A DNA stretch of 61,807 nt, filler included, from 8 parts of 8 records of this genome joined end to end with filler, not necessarily neighbours in it; one strand, 5' to 3'. Shown: positions 39,362 to 50,927, numbered from the whole stretch's first letter. The notes: a model not told the origin generated them from the sequence alone. A program made the numbers and translations.

Positions 39362-40690
39362 CTATTGCCCGTTCTCAAGCCCCTCCGGCTGACCCACAAC
39401 CACAACGTGCAACCCGTCGGGGCTCATCAGACGAGCGGCAGTGCGGGAAATGTCTTCCAGCGTCACGGCCATGACCTGGTCGTTGCGGGTGTTGATGTAG
39501 TCAATGGGCATCTCGTCTATCTGCATGCCCGACAGGATGCCCGCAATCGTCGCGTTGCCGGTAAAGCGCAGAGCATAGGCACCGGTTAGGTAGGTTTGGG
39601 CGGCCTCCAGTTCCTCGGCCGTGACGCCATTGGCGGCCACGTCTGCCCATTGATCGTGCAGAACGTCGATGGCCTCGGCCACCAGATCGTTAGAGGAGGA
39701 AAACTGCCCCAGCATCATCGGGCCATGGTCAAACAGCACGAGGAAGGTGGAAATACCGTAGGTCAGGCCGCGTTCCACCCGCACCTGTTGCATCAGGCGG
39801 GACCGGAAATTGCCGCCGCCAAGGATCTGGTTCAGCACATAGGCCGCGAAGAAATCGGGGTCGTGGCGTTCGATTCCGGCATGGCCGAAAAAGGCGGTGG
39901 ATTGCGGGGTGGGATAGTCGATGACGGTGATGCCGCCGGTCAGGTTATAGGGTGCGTCGCCGGGCATCTCGGCCCCGGTTTCCGGCAGATCGCCAAGCAG
40001 ACGATCCAGCAGAAGTCCCAGTTCCTCGGGCGTGATGTCGCCGGATACGCCGATATGCACGCGGTCCTGAGCCAGTGCGCCCCGATGTGCGGCGAGCAGG
40101 TCTTCGCGGGTCAGATCAGCAACGCTTTCGGCGGTTCCCTCCTGTCCCGACCCATAGGGATGGTTCCCGAAGGTCTGGGCATAGAGCGCTGAGGACGCAA
40201 GGTCCGACGGGTCGTTGAGATTGCTGTCGATGATCGACAGAACCTGCGTGCGGACCCGGTCGATCGCGGATTGATCAAAGGTGGGGTCCACAAGCGCAGC
40301 GCGCAGCAGGTCAAAGGCCTCGTCCCGGTTCTGGGTCAGCATGCGGGCGGTGATATTGATCGAGTCGCGATAGGCGTCAAAGCCGAAATAGGCCGCCAGC
40401 GCCTCTGACCGCGCGGCGAATTCGGCGTTGTCCATATCGGCGGCGCCCTCTTCCAGCAGTCCGGTCATCAGGTAGGTCGCTCCACGCGCGTCGGGCGCGT
40501 CGAGCGAGGTGCCGCCCTCGAACAGGATATCCAGCGCGACGAAGGGGATGGAGTGATCCTCGACCAGCCACGCGGTCAGTCCGCCGGGCGAGGTGACTTC
40601 CTGAATATTGACCTGCGCGTGGGCGGGCAGGGTGGCAGCAAAGGTGAGGGCGACAAAGGCAAAAATGCGGAACATGTGATGTCTCCTCAC
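39362..40690 (-). CDS. M16 (pitrilysin) peptidase, non-catalytic partner subunit
   Basis: M16 motifs (ILGGGNFRSRL, RGLTYG) but no HxxEH. Confidence 0.9.
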   Translation of the reverse strand: MRRHHMFRIFAFVALTFAATLPAHAQVNIQEVTSPGGLTAWLVEDHSIPFVALDILFEGGTSLDAPDARGATYLMTGLLEEGAADMDNAEFAARSEALAAYFGFDAYRDSINITARMLTQNRDEAFDLLRAALVDPTFDQSAIDRVRTQVLSIIDSNLNDPSDLASSALYAQTFGNHPYGSGQEGTAESVADLTREDLLAAHRGALAQDRVHIGVSGDITPEELGLLLDRLLGDLPETGAEMPGDAPYNLTGGITVIDYPTPQSTAFFGHAGIERHDPDFFAAYVLNQILGGGNFRSRLMQQVRVERGLTYGISTFLVLFDHGPMMLGQFSSSNDLVAEAIDVLHDQWADVAANGVTAEELEAAQTYLTGAYALRFTGNATIAGILSGMQIDEMPIDYINTRNDQVMAVTLEDISRTAARLMSPDGLHVVVVGQPEGLENGQ

Positions 40691-42015
40691 AGGCCGGGGG
40701 CGGTCAGATAACCGGTGACCGAGGTGGTTTCAGTGAAGACCATCCGCGCGGCGTCCATCACCTCCTCTGGCGTGATCGAGGCGATGATATCGGGCCAGTC
40801 CTGAATGTCCTGCACCGTCAGGCCGGAGGTCAGGCCGACACCGTACATGCGCGCCAGATCCCCCACATCGTCCTGCGCATAGATCATCTCGGCTTCCCAC
40901 TGGAACTGGATGCGCGCGAACTGTTCGGGGTCGATGCCGTCTTCAAGGAACTGGGCGATGACGCGATCCAGATCGGCCTCGGCCTCCTCCAGCGACACGC
41001 CGGGCACTGGCACGTTGAACACCGAAAAGACCGTATCATCCAGATTGGTGCCGGAATAGCTGGCCGAGGCATAGAGCGACCGGGCCTCTTCCACTTGCAG
41101 CACGCGGGGCAAAACAGCCGTTGCGCCAGAGCCTGCCAGAACGTTGGACAGCAACGTCAGAGCCGCCGCCATACGCTGATCACCCGCATCGCGTTCCGGC
41201 GCGATATAGCTGCGCACCACGTAAGGATCAGACACGCGCGGGTCTTCGTAATAGACGCGGCGGTCCGCAATCTGCGGCGGATCCGAAGGGCGCTGGCGCG
41301 GCTCTATGCCGGACGGCTCCAGCGGGCCATAATGTTCCTCTGCCAGCGCGCGGACCTCTTCGGGCGTGACGTCGCCCGCGACGATCAGGATCGCGTTATC
41401 GGGGGAATAGTAATCGTGATAGAAGGAAAACACGTCCTCGCGGCCCAATGCCTCGATCTCGTGCCGCCAGCCGCCGATGGGAATGCGATAGGGATGCGCG
41501 AGATAGAGCGAGGCGCGAAGCTGTTCGTTGAACAGCGCCCCGGCGCTGGAATCGGTACGCTGAGCGCGTTCTTCCAGAATGACACTGCGCTCGGTTGAAA
41601 TATCGTCATCCGTCAGCAGAAGGTTGCGCATCCGGTCGGCTTCCATCTGCATCATCAGGCCAAGCCGGTCAGAAGCGACACGCTGATAGTAGCCGGTATA
41701 GTCCCAACTGGTGAACGCATTGTCGGACCCGCCATTGGCCTCGACCGTGTCGGAAAACTCGCCGCTTTCCAGCGTCTCGGTGGCCTTGAACATCAGGTGT
41801 TCCAGAAAATGCGCGATGCCGGACCGGCCGGGGGGTTCGTCCGCCGCGCCAACGCGATACCACAGCATGTGAACGACAACCGGCGCGCGGTGATCCTCGA
41901 TCACGACAGCATGCAACCCGTTGTCGAGGGTGAATTCCGAGACTTCATTGGCCGACGCCCCGACAGGGACCAGCGGCAGAAGGGCCAGGCAGGTGGCCAA
42001 CATGTGTCTCAGCAT
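40687..42015 (-). CDS. M16 (pitrilysin) peptidase, catalytic subunit
   Basis: GIAHFLEHLMFK, NAFTSWDYT. Confidence 0.93.
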   Translation of the reverse strand: MLRHMLATCLALLPLVPVGASANEVSEFTLDNGLHAVVIEDHRAPVVVHMLWYRVGAADEPPGRSGIAHFLEHLMFKATETLESGEFSDTVEANGGSDNAFTSWDYTGYYQRVASDRLGLMMQMEADRMRNLLLTDDDISTERSVILEERAQRTDSSAGALFNEQLRASLYLAHPYRIPIGGWRHEIEALGREDVFSFYHDYYSPDNAILIVAGDVTPEEVRALAEEHYGPLEPSGIEPRQRPSDPPQIADRRVYYEDPRVSDPYVVRSYIAPERDAGDQRMAAALTLLSNVLAGSGATAVLPRVLQVEEARSLYASASYSGTNLDDTVFSVFNVPVPGVSLEEAEADLDRVIAQFLEDGIDPEQFARIQFQWEAEMIYAQDDVGDLARMYGVGLTSGLTVQDIQDWPDIIASITPEEVMDAARMVFTETTSVTGYLTAPGL

Positions 42016-42139
42016 TCAGGAACCTCTTCGATAATAAGGACATCACTTGGATAGCCCTACAAGAGATACGGGCTTTGGCCGCAGCATCAAGCGCGGTGAC
42101 GAGGATGTGAGGAGTTAGTTAAAACCGGGCGTGACCCGA

Positions 42140-42661
42140 TCACTCGACATTGCCGATTTCTTCTGGCGGCGCGGCTGGGGTGCGGATGCCTGCGGCGCGC
42201 ATCCGTTCCAGTTCCGCGTAGCGGTCGAGCGACATGGAGCGATAGGCGCGGTGATAGACGTTCACGGCAGCGATACGTTCCAGAATACGGCCATCGTTGC
42301 GACGGCGGAATTCCAGATCCTCCACCGCGAGAGTGTCGCGGATGTCCTGCCCGACGCCAAAGCGCGTGACATAGCTGACCATCCCCTGGCTGCCAGCGGC
42401 CGCCCGGTCGATATTGCCGCCAAGGGCTGCGGCCACGTCCGCTTCGGGATCAGGATCGGCGCGGTTGATGCCGCCCGGCGACGGGGTCGGAAGGGTTTGC
42501 AGATCGTCTGGCAATTGCAGCGGACGGGTGGGAAGGACACCAAATTCATCGGGCCCCTGGCCCTCGGCGCGCAGGTTCAGAAGCCGCGGGTCATTCCGAC
42601 CGCAGGCCGTGAGTGCCAAAAGCACCAGTCCCAAGCTGATTGCCGTGCGAAGCCTGCTCAT
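42140..42661 (-). CDS. DUF3035-like lipoprotein
   Basis: Lipobox LTAC; GPDEFGVLPTRPL; LPTPSPGG. Confidence 0.8.
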   Translation of the reverse strand: MSRLRTAISLGLVLLALTACGRNDPRLLNLRAEGQGPDEFGVLPTRPLQLPDDLQTLPTPSPGGINRADPDPEADVAAALGGNIDRAAAGSQGMVSYVTRFGVGQDIRDTLAVEDLEFRRRNDGRILERIAAVNVYHRAYRSMSLDRYAELERMRAAGIRTPAAPPEEIGNVE

Positions 42662-42705
42662 TCAGTCTCTCCTCTCGGACGGTTTAGCGCATGTTTTCGC
42701 CGCCG

Positions 42706-43176
42706 TCACGGGGTCATATTCTTCGTATCTGCAAAGATCAGCAAGCCCAGAGCGCCGACAAAGATGCCGATATCGGCGATGTTGAAGGCATAGGGGTTCT
42801 GGAAACCGCAGCAGCTCGTGTTCAAAAAGTCCGCAACCGCGCCGTAAACCACCCGGTCGAAGGCGTTTGCAATGGCCCCGCCAACGATTGCGCCCGCCGA
42901 TAACATTGCCAGCCGCCGCTCCATCGACCGTGCCCACCACAGGATCCAGGCCGAGACAACAAATGCCAGCGCCACCAGCAGCCAGCGGGTGGCATTTGCG
43001 TCATTTGACAGCAGGCCGAAATTGATGCCGGTGTTCCACCCCATGTGGAAATTCAGATAGGGCGGGAAGATCTCCATTTGACCGATACTCAGCAGGTCCA
43101 TGCGATAAAGGACGACCCATTTGCTGATCTGGTCCAGCGCGAACCAGAAAAGCGCGGAAAGAAGGGTGAGTCGCAT
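42706..43176 (-). CDS. lspA: Lipoprotein signal peptidase II
   Basis: DQISK, NTGINFG, GAVADF, FNIAD. Confidence 0.93.
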   Translation of the reverse strand: MRLTLLSALFWFALDQISKWVVLYRMDLLSIGQMEIFPPYLNFHMGWNTGINFGLLSNDANATRWLLVALAFVVSAWILWWARSMERRLAMLSAGAIVGGAIANAFDRVVYGAVADFLNTSCCGFQNPYAFNIADIGIFVGALGLLIFADTKNMTP

Positions 43177-43238
43177 TCGCCAACGTCCTTGCTGTCTTGC
43201 GGGGCCGGGCTTCGCCGCGCGTTCCGCGCGCCGACCCG

Positions 43239-43259
43239 CCGGGGGGCGCTGCCCCCCGG
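43239..43259. repeat. GC-rich palindrome at contig end
   Basis: CCGGGGGGC-GCT-GCCCCCCGG. Confidence 0.6.
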
Positions 43260-43362
43260 ACCNNNNNNNNNNNNNNNNNNNNNNNNNNNNNNNNNNNNNN
43301 NNNNNNTTAATTAATTAANNNNNNNNNNNNNNNNNNNNNNNNNNNNNNNNNNNNNNNNNNNN

Positions 43363-44251
43363 AGCGGTCCCACCAGCGCAGCGCCTCTTGCAGAAACCCG
43401 ATGCGGGGACCGGGGATCGCGAAATGTGGGTACTTGTGTATCCAAGGCCCGTTGATGCCTTTGACGGGGGCGGAGATATTTTCGACCAGCGCGGGCACGG
43501 CGTTGATATAGCTGTCTCCCCAGCCACTTATGGAGAGGGTCGCGGCTTTGATCGACGAATAATCTTCGCAGACCGAGCCGTGTTCCCAATAGGCGTCTCG
43601 GGCTTGGTGACGCAGCCACGTAGAGGTCAGGAACGGCTCGTTCTCTAGGCGGTTCAGCCACATGTCACGCCATTTGTCCCCGACCAGGGCCGGGTCAGGC
43701 GCGCGTGACGAAAAGCACCACATGGTCGCGCCCCAACCGAGGTTCTCGTTCAGCAGGCAGCCGCCCTTGTAGTGGATGTCGTCTGCATAGCGGTCCACGG
43801 TCGAGCAGAGTGTGATAATCGCCTTGAGCGGTTCGGGCTGCATGGCGGCGACTTGCAGGCTGTTGAACCCGCCCCAGCTGATCCCCATCATGCCGACTTT
43901 GCCGGTACACCAATCTTGCGCGGCCAGCCAATCGATCACCTCAACTGCGTCGTCCAGTTCCTGTTGGGTGTATTCATCCTCCATCAACCCTTCGCTGTCG
44001 CCGTTGCCGCGCATGTCGACACGGACACAGGCATAGCCCCGTTTGGCGATATAGGGGTGGGTCAGCTCGTCGCGGGCAGTGGTTCCATCCCGTTTGCGAT
44101 AAGGTAGATATTCAAGGATCACAGGGACCGGATCGTCGCTGGCGTTGTCCGGGCGCCAGACCCGGGCGGAAAGACGGCAGCCATCTGAAAGGGTTATCCC
44201 GAGATCGGGTAATTCTTCGATATCGCGCAAGGCGTTGAGTTTGGAAGTCAT
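43363..44251 (-). CDS. CocE/NonD-family hydrolase, 3'-truncated
   Basis: EYLPYRKRD, DMRGNGDSEG, GISWGG. Confidence 0.9.
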
Positions 44252-44325
44252 ACAGCGACTGTCTTAAGCTGGGCGCTGAGAGTCAATGTTGAGTCGCGAC
44301 CATTTGAAGTGGGATAGCGACGAAG

Positions 44326-45429
44326 TTAGGTGCGGATCGCGACGAGTAAATCCATTACATTTGTTCCGGTTGGGCCGGTCGTCAGCAAGGCGTTATGCGT
44401 TTCGAGGTAGGTGCCGCTGTCCGCGGCCTGCGCAAACTGGGCGGCATTGGCTGTCCACGTGGTCCCATCGACAATGCCGCCTGCATCTTGGGTCGGGCCA
44501 TCGTTTCCATCTGTTCCGCCAACAACCGCCACCAAATCCGGGCGACCTGCAATTTGTTCAGCCAGCGCAAGAGCCAGCGCCTGATTGCGGCCCCCCCGGC
44601 CGGGCGCAGGGGGGAGCTTTACCGTTGGCTCTCCACCCAAAATCAGGACACCTTTGTCCATGGAGCGCAATTGAGTACCAACGCGCGCCGCCAAAGTCGG
44701 CAAATCGGCGTGCAGCGTTTCCAAATTTTCCACAACAGAAAAGCCATATGTTTTTGCCGCTTGCGCTGCTGCGTCGCGGGCATGGGTGTTGCTCGCGATA
44801 ATTTGGGTGTGTGTTGAAAACGTAGCGGTTTCGGGAACCATGCCGATCCCGGATCCAATCACGTTCAGATCATCACCGGGCACGTCAGAGATCGCCAAAA
44901 CGTCGACATGTGCGCCGGGGAAGAATCCCAACAGACCGCCGCTTTTGATACGTGAGAGCTTGCGCCTTTGGGCGTTCATTTCGGTGATGTCTTGTCCAGA
45001 CGCCAGCAGCTGCGCGTTCAATGCTGTTAAATCCGTCAAGGACACGCCCGGCATTAGATCCTCGGCAAGTGACGAAGCCCCACCGGAGACAAGCACCAGA
45101 AGGCGCGCGCCTTTTGGTTGGGAGATCACGGCTTCACGCAGGGCTGCCCCGGCACGCAAGCTACGTTCGTCGGGCACGGGATGCGCGGCTTCGATCAGGT
45201 CAACGTCCTGCGACAAGGCGTTGCCGTGACCATCTTTGGTCACAACCAAACAGGGTCTCTGGCCGAAATGATCGAGTGCTGCCTGCGCCATGCTCGCCGC
45301 GGCTTTGCCGACAGCCAGAATTTGATCGGGGGCGTTGAGTTCTTGGATCGCACTTTGTGTGGCCGCATATCCGCCGACGGCATCAACTCCGGCCTGCCAT
45401 ATCTTCAGAGCTGTTGCGCGTGGTGTCAT
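44326..45429 (-). CDS. Glycerate kinase (DUF4147/MOFRL type)
   Basis: AVGKAA, HPVPD, SGGASSL, ISDVPGDD, GRGGRNQ, TGTNVMD. Confidence 0.9.
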   Translation of the reverse strand: MTPRATALKIWQAGVDAVGGYAATQSAIQELNAPDQILAVGKAAASMAQAALDHFGQRPCLVVTKDGHGNALSQDVDLIEAAHPVPDERSLRAGAALREAVISQPKGARLLVLVSGGASSLAEDLMPGVSLTDLTALNAQLLASGQDITEMNAQRRKLSRIKSGGLLGFFPGAHVDVLAISDVPGDDLNVIGSGIGMVPETATFSTHTQIIASNTHARDAAAQAAKTYGFSVVENLETLHADLPTLAARVGTQLRSMDKGVLILGGEPTVKLPPAPGRGGRNQALALALAEQIAGRPDLVAVVGGTDGNDGPTQDAGGIVDGTTWTANAAQFAQAADSGTYLETHNALLTTGPTGTNVMDLLVAIRT

Positions 45430-45866
45430 CACATGTCCATCCATATCGTGACGGGGCCGTCGTTGGTCAGATCAACGGCCATATCCGCCCCGAATTGACC
45501 GGTTTGTACGGGCAGGTCTTGGGCGGTCATCTGTTTGGCAAAATATTCATACAGATGCTCACCATCCACAGGGGCGGCGGCGGTGGAGAAACCGGGCCGG
45601 TTGCCGCGTGATGTGTCTGCGGCCAGTGTGAACTGGCTGACGACCAAAACGGCCCCGCCAATGTCTTTGACCGAGCGGTTCATCTTTCCAGCGTCATCGG
45701 TAAAGATCCGCAGTTTTGCGATTTTTGCCGCCAGTTGGTCGGCTTGTTTTTCGCTGTCACCTTGCATGGCGCAGATCAGGATCAGCAGGCCGGGCCCGAT
45801 TTGGCCAATGACGGTGCCGTCGACGGTGACGCTGGCTTGGGTGACACGTTGAATTAGGGCGCGCAT
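45429..45866 (-). CDS. dtd: D-aminoacyl-tRNA deacylase
   Basis: [26 protein letters not shown]. Confidence 0.95.
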   Translation of the reverse strand: MRALIQRVTQASVTVDGTVIGQIGPGLLILICAMQGDSEKQADQLAAKIAKLRIFTDDAGKMNRSVKDIGGAVLVVSQFTLAADTSRGNRPGFSTAAAPVDGEHLYEYFAKQMTAQDLPVQTGQFGADMAVDLTNDGPVTIWMDM

Positions 45867-46765
45867 GTGAGGTCCTGTCGTGTGGGGGCGTGGGCACCAG
45901 GGTGCGATACACTGAAACTGGCGGCTTGGATGCCCGCGTGTAAAGCGGATTTCAGGATGGTGGGCGTGAGGGTTAGGGGGTTCTCAAGTGCATCTTGGCG
46001 ATACAAGGCGGCAAGAAACCCAGCATTGAAGATATCTCCAGCGCCAACTGTGTCCTGCACGTCGACCAAGGGTGCAGGTATCGTGTAGCTGTCTTGCCCG
46101 GACACCGCTGTTACGCCATCAGCACCCTTTGTATGTAGCAAGAGCGTGTCGGCCGGCAGGTCGGGCAGGGTTCCGAACCAGTCCAGATCCTCGTCCGAGA
46201 TTTTGATGATATCTGCCAGCCCAATCATGCGAGACAACCGCGCACGGTGCGCTGTTTGATCGTTGACCAAACCGGGGCGAATGTTGAGATCCAGATAGAT
46301 CAGGTGATCAGGGGCAGCCTGCTGGGCCAGTGTTTCAAACGCGTCTGCCGCTGGGGCGTGAATGAGGCTGATGCCGCCGAACACCAGCGCGCGTGTACTG
46401 TCTGGGATCTTAGGTAGGTTTGTGCTGGCATAGCTGCGCCCGGCGCTGCCCTGATCATAGAGATCAAACCGGGTGCCACCGTCAATGACATGTGCCAATG
46501 CGACAGTCGTCGGGGCAGGGCTGCGGGTCACGTATGTAAGGTCCACACCCTGCGCTTGGGTGTGCGCAAACAGCTGTATGCCCATTGGATCATCGGAGAG
46601 GGCACCCACAAAACCGCAGGGGATATCTTGGCGAGCCAAGGCGATGGCCGTATTGACGGCGGCCCCACCCGGAACAGGGCGAAACCCGTGCCCCCTGTCG
46701 GACAAGGCGGCGGGAACAAGATCCATCACCGCCTCGCCACAACACAGGATCACGGGTTCCGTCAT
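45854..46765 (-). CDS. PfkB-family carbohydrate kinase (fructokinase-like)
   Basis: [21 protein letters not shown]. Confidence 0.9.
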   Translation of the reverse strand: MTEPVILCCGEAVMDLVPAALSDRGHGFRPVPGGAAVNTAIALARQDIPCGFVGALSDDPMGIQLFAHTQAQGVDLTYVTRSPAPTTVALAHVIDGGTRFDLYDQGSAGRSYASTNLPKIPDSTRALVFGGISLIHAPAADAFETLAQQAAPDHLIYLDLNIRPGLVNDQTAHRARLSRMIGLADIIKISDEDLDWFGTLPDLPADTLLLHTKGADGVTAVSGQDSYTIPAPLVDVQDTVGAGDIFNAGFLAALYRQDALENPLTLTPTILKSALHAGIQAASFSVSHPGAHAPTRQDLTCAP

Positions 46766-47430
46766 CCCCGCCAGTCCACGATGTCATCGACTGTGGCGCG
46801 GTCGGTTCTGAACCCGTTGGCCGGGTGGGTTGTATCCGCATAGCCGAACGAAATCGCACATAGGATTAGCCGATCATCCGGGATATCAAAATAGCGGTGC
46901 AAGAACGGCCCGTAAGAGGCCACGGCGGCTTGCGGGATCGTGGCCACGTTCAAGGCTTGGGCCGCAAGGGTAAAGGCGGTCACAAACCCACCGCAATCCA
47001 TCGCACCGTACGCGCCCAATTCCTTGGGGCTGGTGATGATGGCGCAGTGGGGCGCACCAAAAAGGGCAAAGTTCTGCATCATTTGCTTACCCGACCCAAC
47101 ACGGTCACCTTTTTCGACCCCAACGGCGTCATACAGGGCAAAGCCGCAGGTGCGACGTCGATCCTGATAGACGCCGGTGTATTTTTCAGGAAATGGAAGA
47201 TCCGGTTTTGGGGCACCGCTGGCGACCTCAGCCTGCAGGGCTGCGCGAAACGACTCTGTCTCGGCGCCACTCGTCACGGTCACCTGCCATGGCTGGGCGT
47301 TGCACCAGCTGGGGACGCGTCGGGCTGTGGTGATGATGTCCGAAATCTGGGATTGCGGCACGAGATCGGGCAGAAACGCCCGACAGGAATGGCGCTGTTT
47401 CATCAGCGTTTCCAAGTCGGTCAATGTCAT
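46762..47430 (-). CDS. Nitroreductase family protein
   Basis: RHSCRAF, PSWCNAQPW, FGAP, ISFGY. Confidence 0.9.
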   Translation of the reverse strand: MTLTDLETLMKQRHSCRAFLPDLVPQSQISDIITTARRVPSWCNAQPWQVTVTSGAETESFRAALQAEVASGAPKPDLPFPEKYTGVYQDRRRTCGFALYDAVGVEKGDRVGSGKQMMQNFALFGAPHCAIITSPKELGAYGAMDCGGFVTAFTLAAQALNVATIPQAAVASYGPFLHRYFDIPDDRLILCAISFGYADTTHPANGFRTDRATVDDIVDWRG

Positions 47431-47490
47431 TGTGGGGTCTCCTCTTGCGGGCACTGTGCCGCCCGGAACAGGGATGCGCAAGAGCTGGCG

Positions 47491-48582
47491 TTACTGGTTG
47501 GTGGCGATCAGGTAACCGACGCCAGCAGCCACCAAAAGACCCAGCACAACGGCGATCGTAATCTTGATCGCGGACCATGGACGTTCGCCCTGAACCCGCC
47601 CAGTGCGCCCGTTGACAACAAAGCGATACGTCTTGCCCTGATATTTGTAGGCAGCCAGCCAGACGGGCAGCAAGATATGTTTGAATGTGACATCCGAAAC
47701 GGCCGTATCAATGTCATGGACACGCTGGCGATCACCGCCGATGTCAAACCGCACGTCACGCTCGATGACCCGCGCCATATGGGCACGCGCTTCCTTGTAC
47801 CCGTCTGTCAAATCAACGGTATAGGCCTCGGCCCGAAACCCGGCGAGGTACTGTGGTTGATAGGGTTCCAGCGCAGGCAGATCCCAAGGTTCCAACGCAT
47901 CGGTGTATTTCTTTGGCAAAGAGGACGACGCCAGAACCAGCACATCGTCAAAGAACCGGGCCACACGCCCAGCGACCGACCGCCACCGCACTTTTGCCAC
48001 CTGTTCCTGCACTTGCTTGCCATCGCGTGTGACGGTGCGGGTCACGTAGTAAACGGTGCCACGTTCGCCGCGATAGCTGGATTTGGTATCGGCATCAAAG
48101 GTCCAGTAGGGGACATAGATGCCCTGCATTTTCCGGCCCTTGCGGGCGTATTGTTTCAGGCCGTTGGGGGCGAACCACAAACCGCCGAGCCAGTCTGTCA
48201 TGGCCGCATGGGCCGCACGTTCCTCTAACGCAAAGGGTAAAACGCCGCGCGGCTTGATATGCCGGTTTATGCCCGTCCCCGTGACAACCGGAGTGGCGCA
48301 AAACGGGCACTCGGCGGCGTGGGTATTGGGGTCGAACTCTACCTGTGCTGCGCAGTTCGGGCAGCTTAGCACCTTGGTTTCTTCGATTTCGGTTGCCGGC
48401 AGTTTTTGCGCCACGGCTGCGTCGAAATCCAATTCGCGCAGACTGGCACCCTTCCACGGGCCTGCCGAAATTTGTTCGGAATGCCCACAATGGTCACACG
48501 TCAGCGACCCATCGCTGGGATTAAACCGGTAATCAGCGCCACATTGGTCGCAGGGAAAGCGGTGGTCGGTTTCAGAAGCCAT
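47491..48582 (-). CDS. Double zinc-ribbon membrane-anchored protein
   Basis: CDQC, CDHC, CPNC and CPFC; YVPYWTFD; C-terminal TM helix. Confidence 0.8.
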   Translation of the reverse strand: MASETDHRFPCDQCGADYRFNPSDGSLTCDHCGHSEQISAGPWKGASLRELDFDAAVAQKLPATEIEETKVLSCPNCAAQVEFDPNTHAAECPFCATPVVTGTGINRHIKPRGVLPFALEERAAHAAMTDWLGGLWFAPNGLKQYARKGRKMQGIYVPYWTFDADTKSSYRGERGTVYYVTRTVTRDGKQVQEQVAKVRWRSVAGRVARFFDDVLVLASSSLPKKYTDALEPWDLPALEPYQPQYLAGFRAEAYTVDLTDGYKEARAHMARVIERDVRFDIGGDRQRVHDIDTAVSDVTFKHILLPVWLAAYKYQGKTYRFVVNGRTGRVQGERPWSAIKITIAVVLGLLVAAGVGYLIATNQ

Positions 48583-48596
48583 CAACGGAAAAGCCC

Positions 48597-49124
48597 TTAA
48601 AGGTATTTATGCAGAATGCGGGGCATCATGATCCGCAATGCATTGTCTTTTAGCCAGAAATGACGCCACAGGTGAAACACAACGTGGCTCGCAATCAAAA
48701 GGATCAGGCCATCAAAGACCAATTCATGAACCTCTTGTGCGAAATCATGAATGCCTTTGCCGCCAAAGCCTGGATTGATCGGAATGGACCCAAAGGCGTG
48801 GATTACAAACGGGGCGGCCAAGCCTGCAATCGCGCCGGATGCCACAACCACTGGCACCCCGATTTGCAGAACTTTGTGTCCAATCGGGTGAATGGTTTTC
48901 GCCCAACCGGGCAGTTTTGGTCCGGGGCGTCCGGTCAACCCTTTTGCCAAATAAAGCACAGTCCATACCACCCCCACGATGGCAAGAATCAACCCCATAC
49001 CGGCGTGCAGACTTAGACCTGCCGCCGGGTCTGATGGGATGTCTTCGGGTTCAACCGCAAAGAAATACAGGATCACTCCAAAGCTCAGCCAATGCAGCCA
49101 TTTCACTAGCGTTCGTTGCGACAT
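48597..49124 (-). CDS. Cytochrome b561-like membrane protein
   Basis: LHW, LHAGMG, IGH, VHE, SHVVFHLW in four TM helices; start MSQRTLVKW. Confidence 0.8.
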   Translation of the reverse strand: MSQRTLVKWLHWLSFGVILYFFAVEPEDIPSDPAAGLSLHAGMGLILAIVGVVWTVLYLAKGLTGRPGPKLPGWAKTIHPIGHKVLQIGVPVVVASGAIAGLAAPFVIHAFGSIPINPGFGGKGIHDFAQEVHELVFDGLILLIASHVVFHLWRHFWLKDNALRIMMPRILHKYL

Positions 49125-49126
49125 GC

Positions 49127-50075
49127 TTAAATTCCGGGCGGTGGGGGCGGCGGCAGGATTGTGAACAACTGAGCCAACTCTCGGACATCTTCGGCGCGTT
49201 TCCATCCGTCTTGTCCGGCTGTCCAGACAAAGGTGTCGCGTGTTAAGCCACCTTCGGTCGCCATGCGTCCGAGTTTTGCCTTTGAAAAGGGACCGCTCGT
49301 TTCGCCGTTTTCCGCGATATGCCAGACATGTTCCACCGGCGGGGGTGGCGGCGCTGCAACAGGCGCAGGTGATGCGGCGGCAGCGGGGGCGGGCGCGCCC
49401 CACGGGCCGGACGGTTGCCCCGCTGCCATGGAACCCATCTGCTGGGCCATTGCCAAGCCCATTCCCATACCCAATCCGGCGCCCATGCCACCACCACCGC
49501 CGGGGGCGTTGGCGGCCGCGGTCATCGCTTCGGCGGCTGAATATTGCGTGAACTTGCCCAAATCGCCGGCCAGTCCCATCGAGGTTCGTTTGTCCAACGC
49601 GGCCTCAACCGCAGGTGGGAGCGAGATGTTTTCGATGTAGAACTCGGGCATCTCTAGCCCATAGCCCTCTAGAACCGGAGAGACCTCGGCTGCGATCAGT
49701 TTGCCCAAGTCTGCTGTGTTGGCCGCCATGTCCAGCACAGGAATACCTGAGGCCGCGATGACACGGGAAAACTCCTGCACAATGATGTTGCGCACCTGAT
49801 ACGAGATTTCATCCATGGTGAACTCACCATCTGTGCCAACGATTTCGACCAAGAACCGGGCCGCGTCTTTAACCCGCACGGTGTATGTGCCAAATGCGCG
49901 AATACGGGTGGGGCCGAATTCGGGATCGCGCAACATGATGGGGTTTTTGGTGCCCCACTTCAGGTTGTTGAAACGGGTCGTGTTGACGAAGTAAATCTCG
50001 GATTTGAACGGGCTTTTGAACCCATGATCCCAGTGCTGCAGGGTCGTCATGATCGGCATGTTGTTGGTTTCGAGC
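49127..50075 (-). CDS. SPFH-domain protein with C-terminal GYF_2/DUF4339 domain, 5'-truncated
   Basis: KWGTKNPI, RAFGTY, IENISLP; WHIAENGETSGPF...VWTAGQDGW. Confidence 0.85.
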
Positions 50076-50175
50076 NNNNNNNNNNNNNNNNNNNNNNNNN
50101 NNNNNNNNNNNNNNNNNNNTTAATTAATTAANNNNNNNNNNNNNNNNNNNNNNNNNNNNNNNNNNNNNNNNNNNN

Positions 50176-50802
50176 TTCCATGTACTGCCGCATCGGCAGC
50201 AGCGCGCTTTGCGAGACCAGCGCGTGGCCGTTGACCTTGGCGAGCGTCGTGTCCGCCTCGGCGGCGAGCGGATGGTCCGGCGCGACGATGCAGCCGAACC
50301 GCAGCTTGTCGGTCCAGAGGACATGCTGGTGGCGCAGGCGCGGCAGGTTGAAGGCCATGACGACCTCGACGCCGCCCTCGTCGAGGTCCCGCGCCGCCGC
50401 CGCCGGGGCGACGATGTCGAGCATCAGACGGACGTGGGGGTGTTCAGCCCGGAGCCAGCCGTGCAGGTCCTCGAGCACCCCGTTGGCGAGGCTGTCCATC
50501 GCGGCCAGCCGGACCGTGCCGCCCTCGTGGCCGCGCATCTCCTGCAGCTCCGCCTCCAGCCGTTCCGCATCGGAGCGCCAGCGCCGCGCCATGACCACCA
50601 CGGCTTCTCCGGCGGCGGTGGGCCGCATGCCGCGCGGCAGCCGCTCGAACAGGGGCGCGCGATTCGCCTCCTCCAGCGTCTTGATGTGCCGGTCGATGGC
50701 CGAAGCCGCGATTCCCAGCGCCCGCGACGCCGCCTGGATCGAGCCGTGTTCGGCAACTGCCTCGACATACAGCAACTGCCGCGGAAAGAGGTGAAGTTTC
50801 AT
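50176..50802 (-). CDS. LysR-family regulator, 3'-truncated
   Basis: GSIQAASRALGIAASAIDRHIKTLEE...LFERLPRGMRPTAAG. Confidence 0.92.
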
Positions 50803-50816
50803 CGCATCGGCCTGTT

Positions 50817-50841
50817 TTGCGTTCTTATTTCAAGAACGCAA
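50817..50841. promoter_or_regulatory. LysR-type operator: perfect 10-bp inverted repeat with T-N11-A core
   Basis: TTGCGTTCTT-ATTTC-AAGAACGCAA in the divergent promoter region. Confidence 0.75.
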
Positions 50842-50927
50842 CTTCATCCAGTTTGTCATGGATGGCAATTCAGCACCTGCGTAGCCTTGGGTGCAAGACA
50901 GCAACTTGCCCGAAAGGACCGCATTTC

